Shown here: one piece after another, positions 11,301-24,000 of the stretch
Layout: every line of letters starts with the position of its first letter
How positions within the stretch are numbered: position 1 is the stretch's first letter
Assembly (NCBI GenBank): GCA_964016885.1
Contig: OZ024764.1
Span: 26,784,001 to 26,848,000 of the forward strand
Length of the DNA: 64,000 nt
From: Eledone cirrhosa
Lineage: Eukaryota
Reading direction: 5' to 3'
Translations under genes and position numbers: made by a program
Notes under the pieces: model-generated
Told to the model about the DNA's origin: nothing
What the model saw: the letters and a program-made list of their open reading frames with translations, nothing else
Database searches by the model: none

Positions 11301-12731
11301 GGGGACATGTTTTTTAAACTCTGAACTCAGCATCTTTCTGTTGTTCTCCGGGATTTTAGCAAAGTATAAAAATATATATATATATATAGATATATATATA
11401 TATCTGGCAGTCAACCTCAGACTCGAAAAAGCCGCCGCTAATCGTGATCGTTGGGGTTATAATTAGACTAAAGTGCTTCCACTGGGCACCATTAGCTGAT
11501 TGTGATCATTGGAGAATTCTTTCTGCGCTGAAAGAGCCTAGGACTAAAAGATATATATATAGATGTCGAAACGGCAGTAGCACAGCCGTTGGGGTCCTGA
11601 ATATTTTCACATCTATATATGTGTGTGTATTCTGCGACATTTATAATTACATAAGCAAGCATATTTGAATAACAAAATTTGAGGTTTAAATACTTTATTT
11701 TTTACCAATAACATAGAGAAAGGCATGAACAACACCACATGTTAATTACTTTAATATTGAAAGTAGGCTTATAAATATTAAAAAAGCAGATGCTTGTATC
11801 TTTCATGGTGGGTGATACCAGAGATGGTGGTAGTCATGGTTTCGGTTTCAATCCTGGTCATGGGTTACATATAAGGTCTCATTTTTCTTTCTTTCAGTTT
11901 TCTTCTTATCTCTAGATATAAATATATATACATAAGGTAATTTGGTAGAATTGTTAGAACATCAGATAGAATTCTTTGCAGTATTTTTCCAGTTCTTTAC
12001 TCTGAGTTCAACTTTACCTTTCTTCCATTCGGTGTCGATAAGTCTTGAATATGTCTAACGTAGCAATAACTGGAGCTACTTAACCAAGTTTTCCCAACCT
12101 AGTCGATGTCACCTACTGGTTGGCGATTTAAACTGTTGGCTGGGACAATGACCAACTAATCAGTCAGATTCCAACTCACTATGTCTGGCATATATTTTAT
12201 ATTTTATATTTGAATGAAGTTCTGTAAGTAACCTGGTGGCTTAGATGGCAATACTGCTCGAATAGATGGCTTCTATTATGAAGTTATAAGTTCATTCCCT
12301 ATCCAGGATTGTAGAATTAATTTTATTTAGTTATTATTTAATCAATTGTTTTAACAAACAAATTATATCTATAAAATGCCAAATATAGTGAGTTCAAATC
12401 TGACTGACATGCATGGTATATATTTATGTTTCATTATACAGCGACACAATACACAGGAACTTATAAAGATATGTATATATTGTCCAGGAGTTTCGAGTTT
12501 AGTGGGAATTGGTACAACTCTCAATTGGAGCTAGTCCCTGCAAGATCAGCATAAATAATGTTATACCTTTTCATGAAATCTTGCACACCCGATATTTTAT
12601 ACATGATTATTTAAAGGTGAACAAAAACCAAAGAACATTGTGCAGCATTTCTCAACCTTTCTACCCATGTCGATCTCTTGAAATAGTTTTTATGTCTCAG
12701 GGAAGCCCTGCATAAAATATACTTTTTCTAT

Positions 12732-12775
12732 CTCTAGAGCAGTGGTTCCCAAATCGTGTGCTGCGAGATGAAACA
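12732..12775 (+). mobile_element. hAT (Charlie-like) left terminus
   Basis: CTCTAGAG target-like 8-mer followed by CAGTGGTTCCCAAA. Copies at ~15352 and ~62627. No matching right end was identified. Confidence 0.45.
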
Positions 12776-12869
12776 AGATGAGCTGCAAAAGACTAAGATT
12801 AAGTTTTAAGATGTGAAAAATATAAAACTGAAATTTCATATAAAAGTTCAAATATAGCTACAGCCACAA

Positions 12870-13100
12870 ACCTAGGCTCCACACCCCGCAATGCAGAGGA
12901 TAGTAAGATAGTACCAAGGCCTGACTCACCTCTTCCACTCCATTGAGACCTCTGTCATACTTGGTCCCTGTACTGCTGATTTCCTCCATAAAGTCGGGAG
13001 GAAAGACAACAGGAGCCTCATGAGGAGGGGCAACTATTGTAGCAGGTGTCTCTGGCCTTGTTCCGAGGTAACGCTTTTACGTTTCTTCCACAGGTTGCGG
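12870..13100 (+). pseudogene. Second, divergent CRE-like RLE retrotransposon 3' fragment
   Basis: Across frameshifts it reads NLGSTPRNAEDSK..YQGLTHLFHSIETSVILGPCTADFLHKVGRK.TG..E..L*QVSLALFRGNA, followed by a T/CT-rich tail. Confidence 0.6.
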
Positions 13101-13327
13101 CTGAGGGACCACTTAGACTGGGGTGAAGTGTCTGTCCCTCCCCCGACTTCTTACTTCTTTTTTTTTCTCCTTTTCATTTTCTTTTCTCTTCTTGCTTATC
13201 TCTGCTATACCACGGCATCAAAAACATATATAATATGTGTATGTATGGTATAGGTGTATTTATATTTAGGATAGTTATCAAAGGTAAATAGACTGGTTGG
13301 AGCAATAACAGTCTTGTTTATGTATAT

Positions 13328-13388
<61 letters not shown>

Positions 13389-13489
13389 TGTTCTTGTATT
13401 TCCATAGAAAAGGTAAAGAAAAGAAGAATGCTATATATATTGTACAGAGCTATTTAATTACATAATAAACAACAGAATATAATTATTCC

Positions 13490-13741
13490 ATGCAAATAGA
13501 CTTAGACTGGAAAACATTCAGACAGAGAAGAATGGATAATGAGCGTCGTAAGAGAAATTGCCAACAATTAATATTAATGGAAATGTAGAAGGATTTCATA
13601 TTAGTGATATGAATGTTTCGTGTGATCACTGTGGAGCTTTGAAATTTAGAAATGAAAATTGTAACTGTTGTAATAAAGGAAAGGTTATGTTGCCACCATT
13701 GCAAATATACCCTGAGAGACTGAGAAATCTCTTTGAAAGAG
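13490..13741 (+). pseudogene. Helitron 5' stub (copy 2), truncated at a fold-back junction
   Basis: CDHCGALKFRNENCNCCNKGKVMLPPL. Homology with copy 1 stops at CTCTTTGAAAGAG. Confidence 0.85.
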
Positions 13742-13760
13742 ATTTCTCAGTCTCTCAGGG

Positions 13761-14471
13761 TATATATTCCCGCCGGTGAAATAAAAATTTTAATAGAAAA
13801 ACGGCGGGAATATATGTTACAACCCAACCTACATATTTTTGGGCTGTAACATATATTCCCGCCGTTGAAATAAATATTTTAATAGAAAAACGGCGGGAAT
13901 ATATGTTACAACCCAATCTATATATATTTGAGTTGTAACATATATTCCCGCCGTTGAAATAAAAATTTTAATAGAAAAACGGCGGGAATATATGTTACAA
14001 CGCAATCTATATATATTTGGGTTGTAACATATATTCCCGCCGTTGAAATAAAAATTTTAATAGAAAAACGGCGGGAATATATGTTACAACCCAACCTACA
14101 TATGTTTGGGCTGTAATATATATTCCCGCCGTTTTTCTGTTAAAATTTTTATTTCAACGGCGGGAATATATGTTACAACCCAAATATATGTAGATTGGGT
14201 TGTAACATATATTCCCGCCGTTTTTCTATTAAAATTTTTATTTCGACGGCGGGAATATATGTTACAACCCAAATATATATAGATTGCGTTGTAACATATA
14301 TTCCCGCCGTTTTTCTATTAACATTTTTATTTCAACGGCGGGAATATATGTTACAACCCAAATATATGTACGTTGGATTGTAACATATATTCCCGCCGTT
14401 TTTCTATTAAAATTTTTATTTCACCGGCGGGAATATGTTACAACCCAAATATATATATATTGAGTTGTAAC
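13761..14471. repeat. 89-bp self-palindromic tandem array forming a large fold-back
   Basis: Period 89 (ACGGCGGG at 13801, 13890, 13979, 14068). The unit is TATATTCCCGCCGTT-ATspacer-AACGGCGGGAATATA plus TGTTACAACCCAA-spacer-TTGGGTTGTAACA. Spacer polarity flips at ~14100. Confidence 0.93.
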
Positions 14472-15489
14472 ATGGGTTACATATAAGGTCTCATTTTTTT
14501 TCTTTTCTTTCTTTCAGTTTTCTTCTTATCTCTAGATATAAATATATATACATGAGGTAACTTGGTAGAATTGTTAGAACATCAGATAGAATTCTTTGCA
14601 GTATTTTTCCAGTTCTTTACTCTGAGTTCAACTTTACCTTTCTTCCATTCAGTGTCGATAAGTCTTGAATATGTCTAACGTAGCAATAACTGGAGCTACT
14701 TAACCAAGTTTTCCCAACCTAGTCGATGTCACCTACTGGTTGGCGATTTAAACTGTTGGCTGGGACAATGACCAACTAATCAGTCAGATTCGAACTCACT
14801 ATGTCTGGCATATATTTTATATTTTATATTTGAATGAAGTTCTGTAAGTAACCTGGTGGCTTAGATGGCAATACTGCTCGAATAGATGGCTTCTATTATG
14901 CAGTTATAAGTTCATTCCCTATCCAGGATTGTAGAATTAATTTTATTTAGTTATTATTTAATCAATTGTTTTAACAAACAAATTATATCTATAAAACGCC
15001 AAATATAGTGAGTTCAAATCTGACTGACATGCATGGTATATATTTATGTTTCATTATACAGCGACACAATACACAGGAACTTATAAAGATATGTATATAT
15101 TGTCCAGGAGTTTCGAGTTTAGTGGGAATTGGTACAACTCTCAATTGGAGCTAGTCCCTGCAAGATCAGCATAAATAATGTTATACCTTTTCATGAAATC
15201 TTGCACACCCGATATTTTATACATGATTATTTAAAGGTGAACAAAAACCAAAGAACATTGTGCAGCATTTCTCAACCTTTCTACCCATGTCGATCTCTTG
15301 AAATAGTTTTTATGTCTCAGGGAAGCCCTGCATAAAATATACTTTTTCTATCTCTAGAGCAGTGGTTCCCGAATCGTGTGCTGCGAGATGAAACAAGATG
15401 AGCTGCAAAAGACTAAGATTAAGTTTTATGATGTGAAAAATGTAAAGCTGAAATTTCATATAAAAGTTCAAATATAGCTACAGCCACAA

Positions 15490-15720
15490 ACCTAGGCTCC
15501 ACACCCCGCAATGCAGAGGATAGTAAGATAGTACCAAGGCCTGACTCACCTCTTCCACTCCATTGAGACCTCTGCCATACTTGGTCCCTGTACTGCTGAT
15601 TTCCTCCATAAAGTCGGGAGGAAAGATGACAGGAGCCTCATGAGGAGGGGCGACTATTGTAGCAGGTGTCTCTGGCCTTGCTCCGAGGTAACGCTTTTAC
15701 GTTTCTTCCACAGGTTGCGG
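15490..15720 (+). pseudogene. Duplicate of the 12870-13100 CRE-like fragment
   Basis: Near-identical at offset 2620. Confidence 0.6.
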
Positions 15721-16061
15721 CTGAGGGACCACTTAGACTGGGGTGAAGTGTCTGTCCCTCCCCCGACTTCTTACTTCTTTTTTTTTCTCCTTTTCATTTT
15801 CTTTTCTCTTCTTGCTTATCTCTGCTATACCACGGCATCAAAAACATATATGATATATGTATGTATGGTATAGGTGTATTTATATTTAGGATAGTTATCA
15901 AAGGTAAATAGACTGGTTGGAGCAATAACAGTCTTGTTTATGTATATACATATATATATATATTTATATGTTTGTTCTTGTATTTCCATAGAAAAGGTAA
16001 AGAAAAGAAGAGTGCTCTATGTATTGTACAGAGCTATTTAATTACATAATAAACAACAGAA

Positions 16062-16803
16062 TGGAAAACATTCAGACAGAGAAGAATGGATAATGAGCGT
16101 TGTAAGAGAAATTGGCCAACAATTAATATTAATGGAAATGTAGAAGAATTTCATATTAGTGATATGAATGTTTCGTGTGATCACTGTGGAGCTTTGAAAT
16201 TTAGAAATGAAAATTGTAACTGTTGTAATAAAGGAAAGGTTGTGTTGCCACCATTGCAAATATACCCTGAGAGACTGAGAAATCTCTTTGAAAGAGGCCA
16301 GGAAGCAGTTGATTTCACAGAAACATCTGCAATTAAAACTACATTTATTTCACTTCATTTGGTGTTACCACCCGGCAGAGGCCCGTATAGCTTTCATATT
16401 CAGGGTCAAACATATCACTACACCCCCATCTCTGTAACCTGCAGAAAATACACCACAATATGGCCAGTTATATATTATTGATGGGAACGAAGGTATGTAG
16501 CACAGATTGGAAGTACGTCCAAATAATTGTTTCTAGCACAAGGCCAGCAATTACTGGTACTTTATTCTATCGACCTAATAAGGATGAAAACAAAGTCAAC
16601 CTTGGAGGGATTTGAACCCAGAACGTAAAGGGACATAACCCTATGCTGTAAAGCATGGTGTCTGGCGCTCTACCGATACTGCCAATCCACTGCCCTAGTA
16701 CCAACAAATAATGACTGCTCACCACAAAAAATGGCTATGATAAGAGAAGTGTTGCATGAATGTAATTCATATGTCGAAGTGTACAATACAATGCATGGCA
16801 TCA
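16062..16803 (+). pseudogene. Helitron 5' fragment (copy 3) including the same SINE (16528-16696, minus)
   Basis: ORF 16086-16481 has the Zn-knuckle and GPYSFHIQGQTYH. The same SINE and TSD are present. It is truncated before (TA)n at ~16810. Confidence 0.9.
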
Positions 16804-16807
16804 CAAA

Positions 16808-16842
<35 letters not shown>

Positions 16843-17371
16843 TACTAAAGAGTATGTAAAATTTTAAAATAAATACTTAAATTCAATTTGTATAATTACA
16901 CATACAATATGTTTTGTTGTAAAACCCTAAATAATGATTTAAGAAATGATGTCAATCTCTTTGTACAGAGAAAAACAATTTATATATATGCATTGTGTGC
17001 GCGTGTATACTCCATTTAAGACAGTGAAAAACCTAGTACCTCCTTCAAAGAATGCCAAATAGTTTATGCCTAAGGTGTAACACTAATTAAGTTACCGGTG
17101 TAGATATTTCAGTTGAACCCTGCTTCAAACATGCATATTATTATTATATATTTTCAAACACACTTACATACATTATATTTATACACATAGAAATAATAAG
17201 TTAAAACTAAAGTATAATGATATAACAACAGTATATAATAGTTTTCTTCACTTTATTGAAATGCAATCGTTTTAAAGAAAAAACATGACAGTATAAGAAA
17301 TATTTAATATGATAACATAATATTTCAGGTAGGATGGTCGTTTCTCTATGATGGTGGTTTCTCTTTGAACT

Positions 17372-17547
17372 AATAATTGTTTCTATTTTAGGCACAAGGT
17401 CAGTAATTAACCAGTACATTACTGGTACTTTATTTTATCGACCCCGTAAGGATGAAAGGCAAAGTTGACCTCGGATCGTAAAGGGACGTAACTATGCTGG
17501 AAAGCATGGCGTCAGACCCTCTACCGATACTGCCAATTCACCATACA
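17372..17547 (-). mobile_element. tRNA-derived SINE, same family, independent diverged copy
   Basis: ACTGGTACTTTATTTTATCGACCCCGTAAGGATGAAAGGCAAAGTTGACCTCGG...CTACCGATACTGCCAAT, homologous to 4357-4525. Confidence 0.8.
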
Positions 17548-17734
17548 GTATAATTATACAAATATGCATATAGATAGCAATATATATACACTAATATGTA
17601 TGTACATATTTACACATATGTACATATATATAGGGAGAGAGAGAGACACATGTATGTATATATATATACACATGCGTGTATGCATGTGTGTTTATGTACA
17701 TTCTTCGGTATATATATCGGTATACACATTGGAG

Positions 17735-18014
17735 ACACAGAGAGAGAGAGTTGAAACGAGAGGTGAGAGAGTTGAAACAAGAGAGGAGATGGTTGAAACA
17801 CGAGGAGAGAGAGAGAGTTGAAACGAGAGGAGAGAGAGAGAGTTGAAACGAGGAGAGAGTTGAAACAAGAGGGTGAGGGGAGAGAGGAAGAGAGAGAGAG
17901 AGAGGAAGAGAGAGAGAGGGGATGAGAGAGAGGAATAGAGATAGAGGGGAAGAGAGAGAGGGGGAGAGAAGGGGATGAAACAACAGAGAGAGGGGAGAGA
18001 AAGAGAGAGGGGAT

Positions 18015-18053
<39 letters not shown>

Positions 18054-21000
18054 ATTGAAACAAGAGAGAGATGAAACAAGTGAGGGATTAGAGAGAGATG
18101 AAACAAGTGAGGGATTAGAGTGTTGAAACAAGAGAGAGAGAGCGAGATGAAATGAGAGAAAGAGAGTGAGATGAAATGAGAGAGTGGGAGCGAGATGAAA
18201 CGAGACAGGGAGAGCGAGATGAAATGAGAGAGTTAGAGTGAGATGAAACGAGAGAGTGAGAGCGAGATGAAACGAGAGACAGAGAGAGCGAGATGACACG
18301 AGACAGAGAGCGAGATGAAATGAGAGAGAGAGAGTGAGAGAGAGAGATGAAACGAGAGAGAGAGTGCGAGATGAAACGAGAGTGAGAGAGCGAGATGAAA
18401 CGAGAGAGTGAGAGCGAGATGAAATGAGAGAGAGAGAGAACGAGATGAAATGAGAGAGAGAGAGAGCGAGATGAAATGAGACATAGAGAGATGAAACGAG
18501 AGAGAGATGAAACGAGAAAGAGAGGAAACGAGAGAGAGGAAACGTGAGTAGAGAGCGAGATGAAACAGGAGCGAGAGAGCGAGATGAAACGAGAGGGAGA
18601 GAGAGATGAAACGAGAGCGAGAGAGAGATAGAGGGAAATGAAACGTCAGAGAGAGAGACAGATGAAACGAGGGATATAGAGATGAAACGAGAGAGAGAGA
18701 TGAAACGAGAGAGAGGAAGAGAGAGATAGAACGAGAGAGAGGAAGAGAGAGATGAAACGAGAGAGAAGAAGACAGAGGTGAAACGAGAGAGAGAGCGAGA
18801 TGAAACGAGAGAGAGAGCGAGATGAAACGAGAGAGAGGAAGAGAGAGAGCGAGAGATGAAACTCTGTCATGGACATATCTGACCCTGGGGCTAATAATTG
18901 TCATGTAATGTTATGGACATCTCTGCCCCTGTGGCTAATAATTCTGTCATGTAATGTTATGGACATCTCTGCCCCTGTGGCTAATAATTCTGTCATGTAA
19001 TGTTATGGAAATCTCTGCCCCTGTGGCTAATAATTCTGACATGTAATGTTATGGAATCTCTGCCCCTGTGGCTAATAAATCTGTCATTTGATGTTACGGA
19101 CATCTCTGCCCCTGTGGCTAATAAATCTGTCATGTAATGTTATGGACATCTCTGCCCCTGTGGCTAATAATTCTGACATGTAATGTTATGGACATCTCTG
19201 CCCCTGTAGCTAATAATTCTGACATGTAATGTTATGGACATCTCTGCCCCTGTGGCTAATAAATTCGTCATGTAATGTTATGGACATCTCTGCCTCTGTG
19301 GCTAATAAATCTGTCATGTAATGTTATGGACATCTCTGCCCCTGTGGCTAATAATTCTGACATGTAATGTTATGGACATCTCTGCCCCTGTGGCTAATAA
19401 TTCTGACATGTAATGTTATGGACATCTCTGCCCCTGTGGCTAATAATTCTGAGAGAGATGAAACAAGTGAGGGATTAGAGAGAGATGAAACAAGTGAGGG
19501 ATTAGAGTGTTGAAACAAGAGAGAGAGAGGAAGAGAGAGTGAGAGCGAAATCAAACGAGAGAGAGCGAGATGAAATGAGAGAGTGAGAGCGAGATGAAAC
19601 GAGAGAGAGAGAGAGAGCGAGATGAAATGAGAGAGAGAGAGCGAGATGAAATGAGAGAGAGAGAGCGAGATGAAACGAGACAGAGAGAGCGGGATGAAAC
19701 GAGACAGAGAGAGCGAGAGCGAGATGAAACGAGACAGAGAGAGCGAGATGAAACGAGAGAGAGAGAGCGAGATGAAATGAGAGAGAGAGAGCGAGATGAA
19801 ATGAGAGAGAGAGAGCGAGATGAAACGAGAGAGTGAGAGCGAGATGGAACGAGACAGAGAGAGCGAGATGAAACGAGAGTGGGAGAGCTAGATGAAACGA
19901 GAGAGAGAGGAAATGAGAGAGACGAAACGAGAGAGAGGAAACGAGAGTAGAGAGCGAGATGAAACAGGAGAGAGAGAGCGAGATGAAACAGGAGCGAGAG
20001 AGCGAGATGAAACGAGAGGGAGAGAGAGATGAAACGAGAGCGAGAGAGAGATAGAGGGAGATGAAACGACAGAGAGAGAGACAGATGAAACGAGGGAGAT
20101 AGAGATGAAACGAGAGAGAGAGATGAAACGAGAGAGAGGAAGAGAGAGATTGAACGAGAGAGAGGAAGAGAGAGATGGAACGAGAGAGAGGAAGACAGAG
20201 ATGAAACGAGAGAGAGAGAGAGCAAGATGAAACGAGAGAGAGAGATGAAACGAGAGAGAGGAAGAGAGAGATGGAACGAGAGAGAGGAAGAGAGAGATGG
20301 AACGAGCGAGAGGAAGACAGAGATGAAACGAGACAGAGAGAGATCGAGATGAAACGAGAGAGAGGAAGAGAGAGAGAGAGCGCAAGATGAAACGAGAGAG
20401 AGATAGAGAGCGAGATGAAACGAGAGAGAGGAAGAGAGAGAGCGCGAGATGAAACGAGAGAGAGGAAGAGAGAGAGAGCGCGAGATGAAATGAGAGAGAG
20501 AGAGCGAGATGAAATGAGAGATTGAGAGTGAGATGAAACGAGAGAGTGAGAGAGAGCGAGATGAAATGAGAGAGAGAGAGAGCGAGATGAAATGAGAGAG
20601 AGAGAGCGAGATGAAACGAGACAGAGAGAGCGGGATGAAACGAGACAGAGAGATCGAGATGAAATGAGAGAGAGAGAGCGAGATGAAATGAGAGAGAGAG
20701 AGCGAGATGAAACGAGAGAGTGAGAGCGAGATGAAACGAGTCAGAGAGAGCGAAATGAAACGAGAGAGTGAGAGCTAGATGAAACGAGAGAGAGAGGAAA
20801 CGAGAGAGAGAGGAAACGAGAGAGAGGAAACGAGAGAGAGGAAACGAGAGTAGAGAGCAAGATGAAACAGGAGAGAGAGAGAGCGAGATGAAACCGGAGA
20901 GAGAGAGCGAGATGAAACGAGAGGGAGGGAGAGATGAAACGAGAGAGCGAGAGAGAGATAGAGGGAGATGAAACGAGAGAGTGATAGCTAGATGAAACGA

Positions 21001-24000
21001 GAGAGAGAGGAATAGAGAGATGGAACGAGAGAGAGGAAGACAGATATGAAACGAGAGAGAGAGAGCGAGATGAAACGAGAGAGAGGAAGAGAGAGAGCGC
21101 GAGATGAAAGTCTGTCATGTAATGTTATGGACATATCTGCCCTTGGGGCTAATAATTGTCATGTAATGTTATGGACATATCTACCCTTGGGGCTAATAAT
21201 TGTCATGTAATGTTATGTACATCTCTGCCCCTGTGGCAAATAATTCTGTCATGTAATGTTATGGACATCTCTGTCCCTGTGGCTAATAATTATGTCATGT
21301 AATGTTATGGACATCTCTGCCCCTGTGGCTAATAATTCTGTCATGTAATGTTATGGACATCTCTGCCCCTGTGGCTAATAAATTCGTCATGTAATGTTAT
21401 GGACATCTCTGCCCCTGTGGCTAATAAATCTGTCATGTAATGTTATGGACATCTCTGCCCCTGTGGCTAATAATTCTGACATGTAATGTTATGGATATCT
21501 CTGCCCCTGTGGCTAATAATTCTGAGAGAGATGAAACAAGTGAGGGATAAGAGAGAGATGAAACAAATGAGGGATTAGAGTGTTGAAACAAGAGAGAGAG
21601 AGGAAGAGAGAGTGAGAGCGAGATCAAACGAGAGAGAGAGAGCGAGATGAAATGAGAGAGTGAGAGCGAGATGAAACGAGAGAGAGAGAGCGAGATGAAA
21701 TGAGAGAGCGAGAGCGAGATGAAATGAGAGAGAGAGAGCGAGATGAAACGAGACAGAGAGAGCGAGATGAAACGAGAGAGAGAGAGAGCGAAATGAAACG
21801 AGACAGATTAGAGCGAGATGAAACGAGAGAGAGAGAGCGAGATGAAATGAGAGAGAGAGAGCGAGATGAAACGAGAGAGTAAGAGCTAGAGGAAACGAGA
21901 GAGAGAGGAAACGAGAGAGAGGATACGAGAGAGAGGAAACGAGAGTAGAGAGCGAGATGAAACAGGAGAGAGAGAGCGAGATGAAACAGGAGAGAGAGAG
22001 CGAGATGAAACGAGAGGGAGAGAGAGATGAAACGAGAGAGCGAGAGAGAGATAGAGGGAGATGAAACGACAGAGAGAGAGACAGATGAAACGAGGGAGAT
22101 AGAGATGAAACGAGAGAGAGAGATGAAACGAGAGAGAGGAAGAGAGAGATGGAACGAGAGAGAGGAAGAGAGAGATGGAACGAGAGAGAGGAAGACAGAG
22201 ATGAAACGAGAGAGAGAGAGAGCGAGATGAAACGAGAGAGAGGAAGAGAGAACGCGAGATGAAACGAGAGAGAGAGAGAGCAAGATGAAACGAGAGAGAG
22301 GAAGAGAGAGAGCGCAAGATGAAACGAGAGAGAGAGCGCGAGATGAAAGTCTGTCATGTAATGTTATGGACATATCTGCCCTTGGGGCTAATAATTGTCA
22401 TGTAATGTTATGGAAATCTCTGCCTCTGTGGCTAATAATTCTTTCATGTAATGTTATGGACATCTCTGCCCCTGTGGCTAATAATTCTGTCATGTAATGT
22501 TATGGACATCTCTGCCCCTGTGGCTAATAAATCTGTCATGTAATGTTATGGACATCTCTGCCCCTGTGGCTAATAATTCTGACATGTAATGTTATGGACA
22601 TCTCTGCCCCTGTGGCTAATAAATATGACATGTAATGTTATGGACATCTCTGCCACTGTGGCTAATAAATCTGTCATGTAATGTTATGGACATCTCTGCC
22701 CCTGTGGCTAATAATTCTGACATGTAATGTTATGGACATCTCTGCCCCTGTGGCTAATAATTCTGAGAGAGATGAAACAAGTGAGGGATTAGAGAGAGAT
22801 GAAACAAGTGAGGGATTAGAGTGTTGAAACAAGAGAGAGAGAGAGGAAGAGAGAGTGAGAGCGAAATCAAACGAGAGAGAGCGAGATGAAATGAGAGAGT
22901 GAGAGCGAGATGAAACGAGAGAGAGAGAGAGAGCGAGATGAAATGAGAGAGAGAGAGCGAGATGAAATGAGAGAGAGAGAGCGAGATGAAACGAGACAGA
23001 GAGAGCGGGATGAAACGAGACAGAGAGAGCGAGAGCGAGATGAAACGAGACAGAGAGAGCGAGATGAAACGAGAGAGAGAGAGCGAGATGAAATGAGAGA
23101 GAGAGAGCGAGATGAAATGAGAGAGAGAGAGCGAGATGAAACGAGAGAGTGAGAGCGAGATGGAACGAGACAGAGAGAGCGAGATGAAACGAGAGTGGGA
23201 GAGCTAGATGAAACGAGCGAGAGAGGAAACGAGAGAGACGAAACGAGAGAGAGGAAACGAGAGTAGAGAGCGAGATGAAACAGGAGAGAGAGAGCGAGAT
23301 GAAACAGGAGAGAGAGAGCGAGATGAAACGAGAGGGAGAGAGAGATGAAACGAGAGAGCGAGAGAGAGATAGAGGGAGATGAAACGACAGAGAGAGAGAC
23401 AGATGAAACGAGGGAGATAGAGATGAAACGAGAGAGAGAGATGAAACGAGAGAGAGGAAGAGAGAGATGGAACGAGAGAGAGGAAGGGAGAGATGGAACG
23501 AGAGAGAGGAAGACAGAGATGAAACGAGAGAGAGAGAGAGCAAGATGAAACGAGAGAGAGAGATGAAACGAGAGAGAGGAAGAGAGAGATGGAACGAGAG
23601 AGAGGAAGAGAGAGATGGAACGAGCGAGAGGAAGACAGAGATGAAACGAGACAGAGAGAGATCGAGATGAAACGAGAGAGAGGAAGAGAGAGAGCGCAAG
23701 ATGAAACGAGAGAGAGAGAGAGAGCGAGATGAAACGAGAGAGAGGAAGAGAGAGAGCGCGAGATGAAACGAGAGAGAGGAAGAGAGAGAGCGCGAGATGA
23801 AATGAGAGAGAGAGAGCGAGATGAAATGAGAGATTGAGAGTGAGATGAAACGAGAGAGTGAGAGAGAGCGAGATGAAATGACAGAGAGAGAGCGAGATGA
23901 AATGAGAGAGAGAGAGCGAGATGAAACGAGACAGAGAGAGCGGGATGAAACGAGACAGAGAGATCGAGATGAAATGAGAGAGAGAGAGCGAGATGAAATG

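Larger units (their letters stand above)
11858..13741 (+). repeat. Local segmental duplication unit (copy 1); copy 2 at ~14471-16296, copy 3 at ~61748-63611
   Basis: Near-identical sequence at offset 2620 (e.g. ORFs 12509/15129 and 13020/15640) and ~49.9 kb (62404, 62915). Confidence 0.95.
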
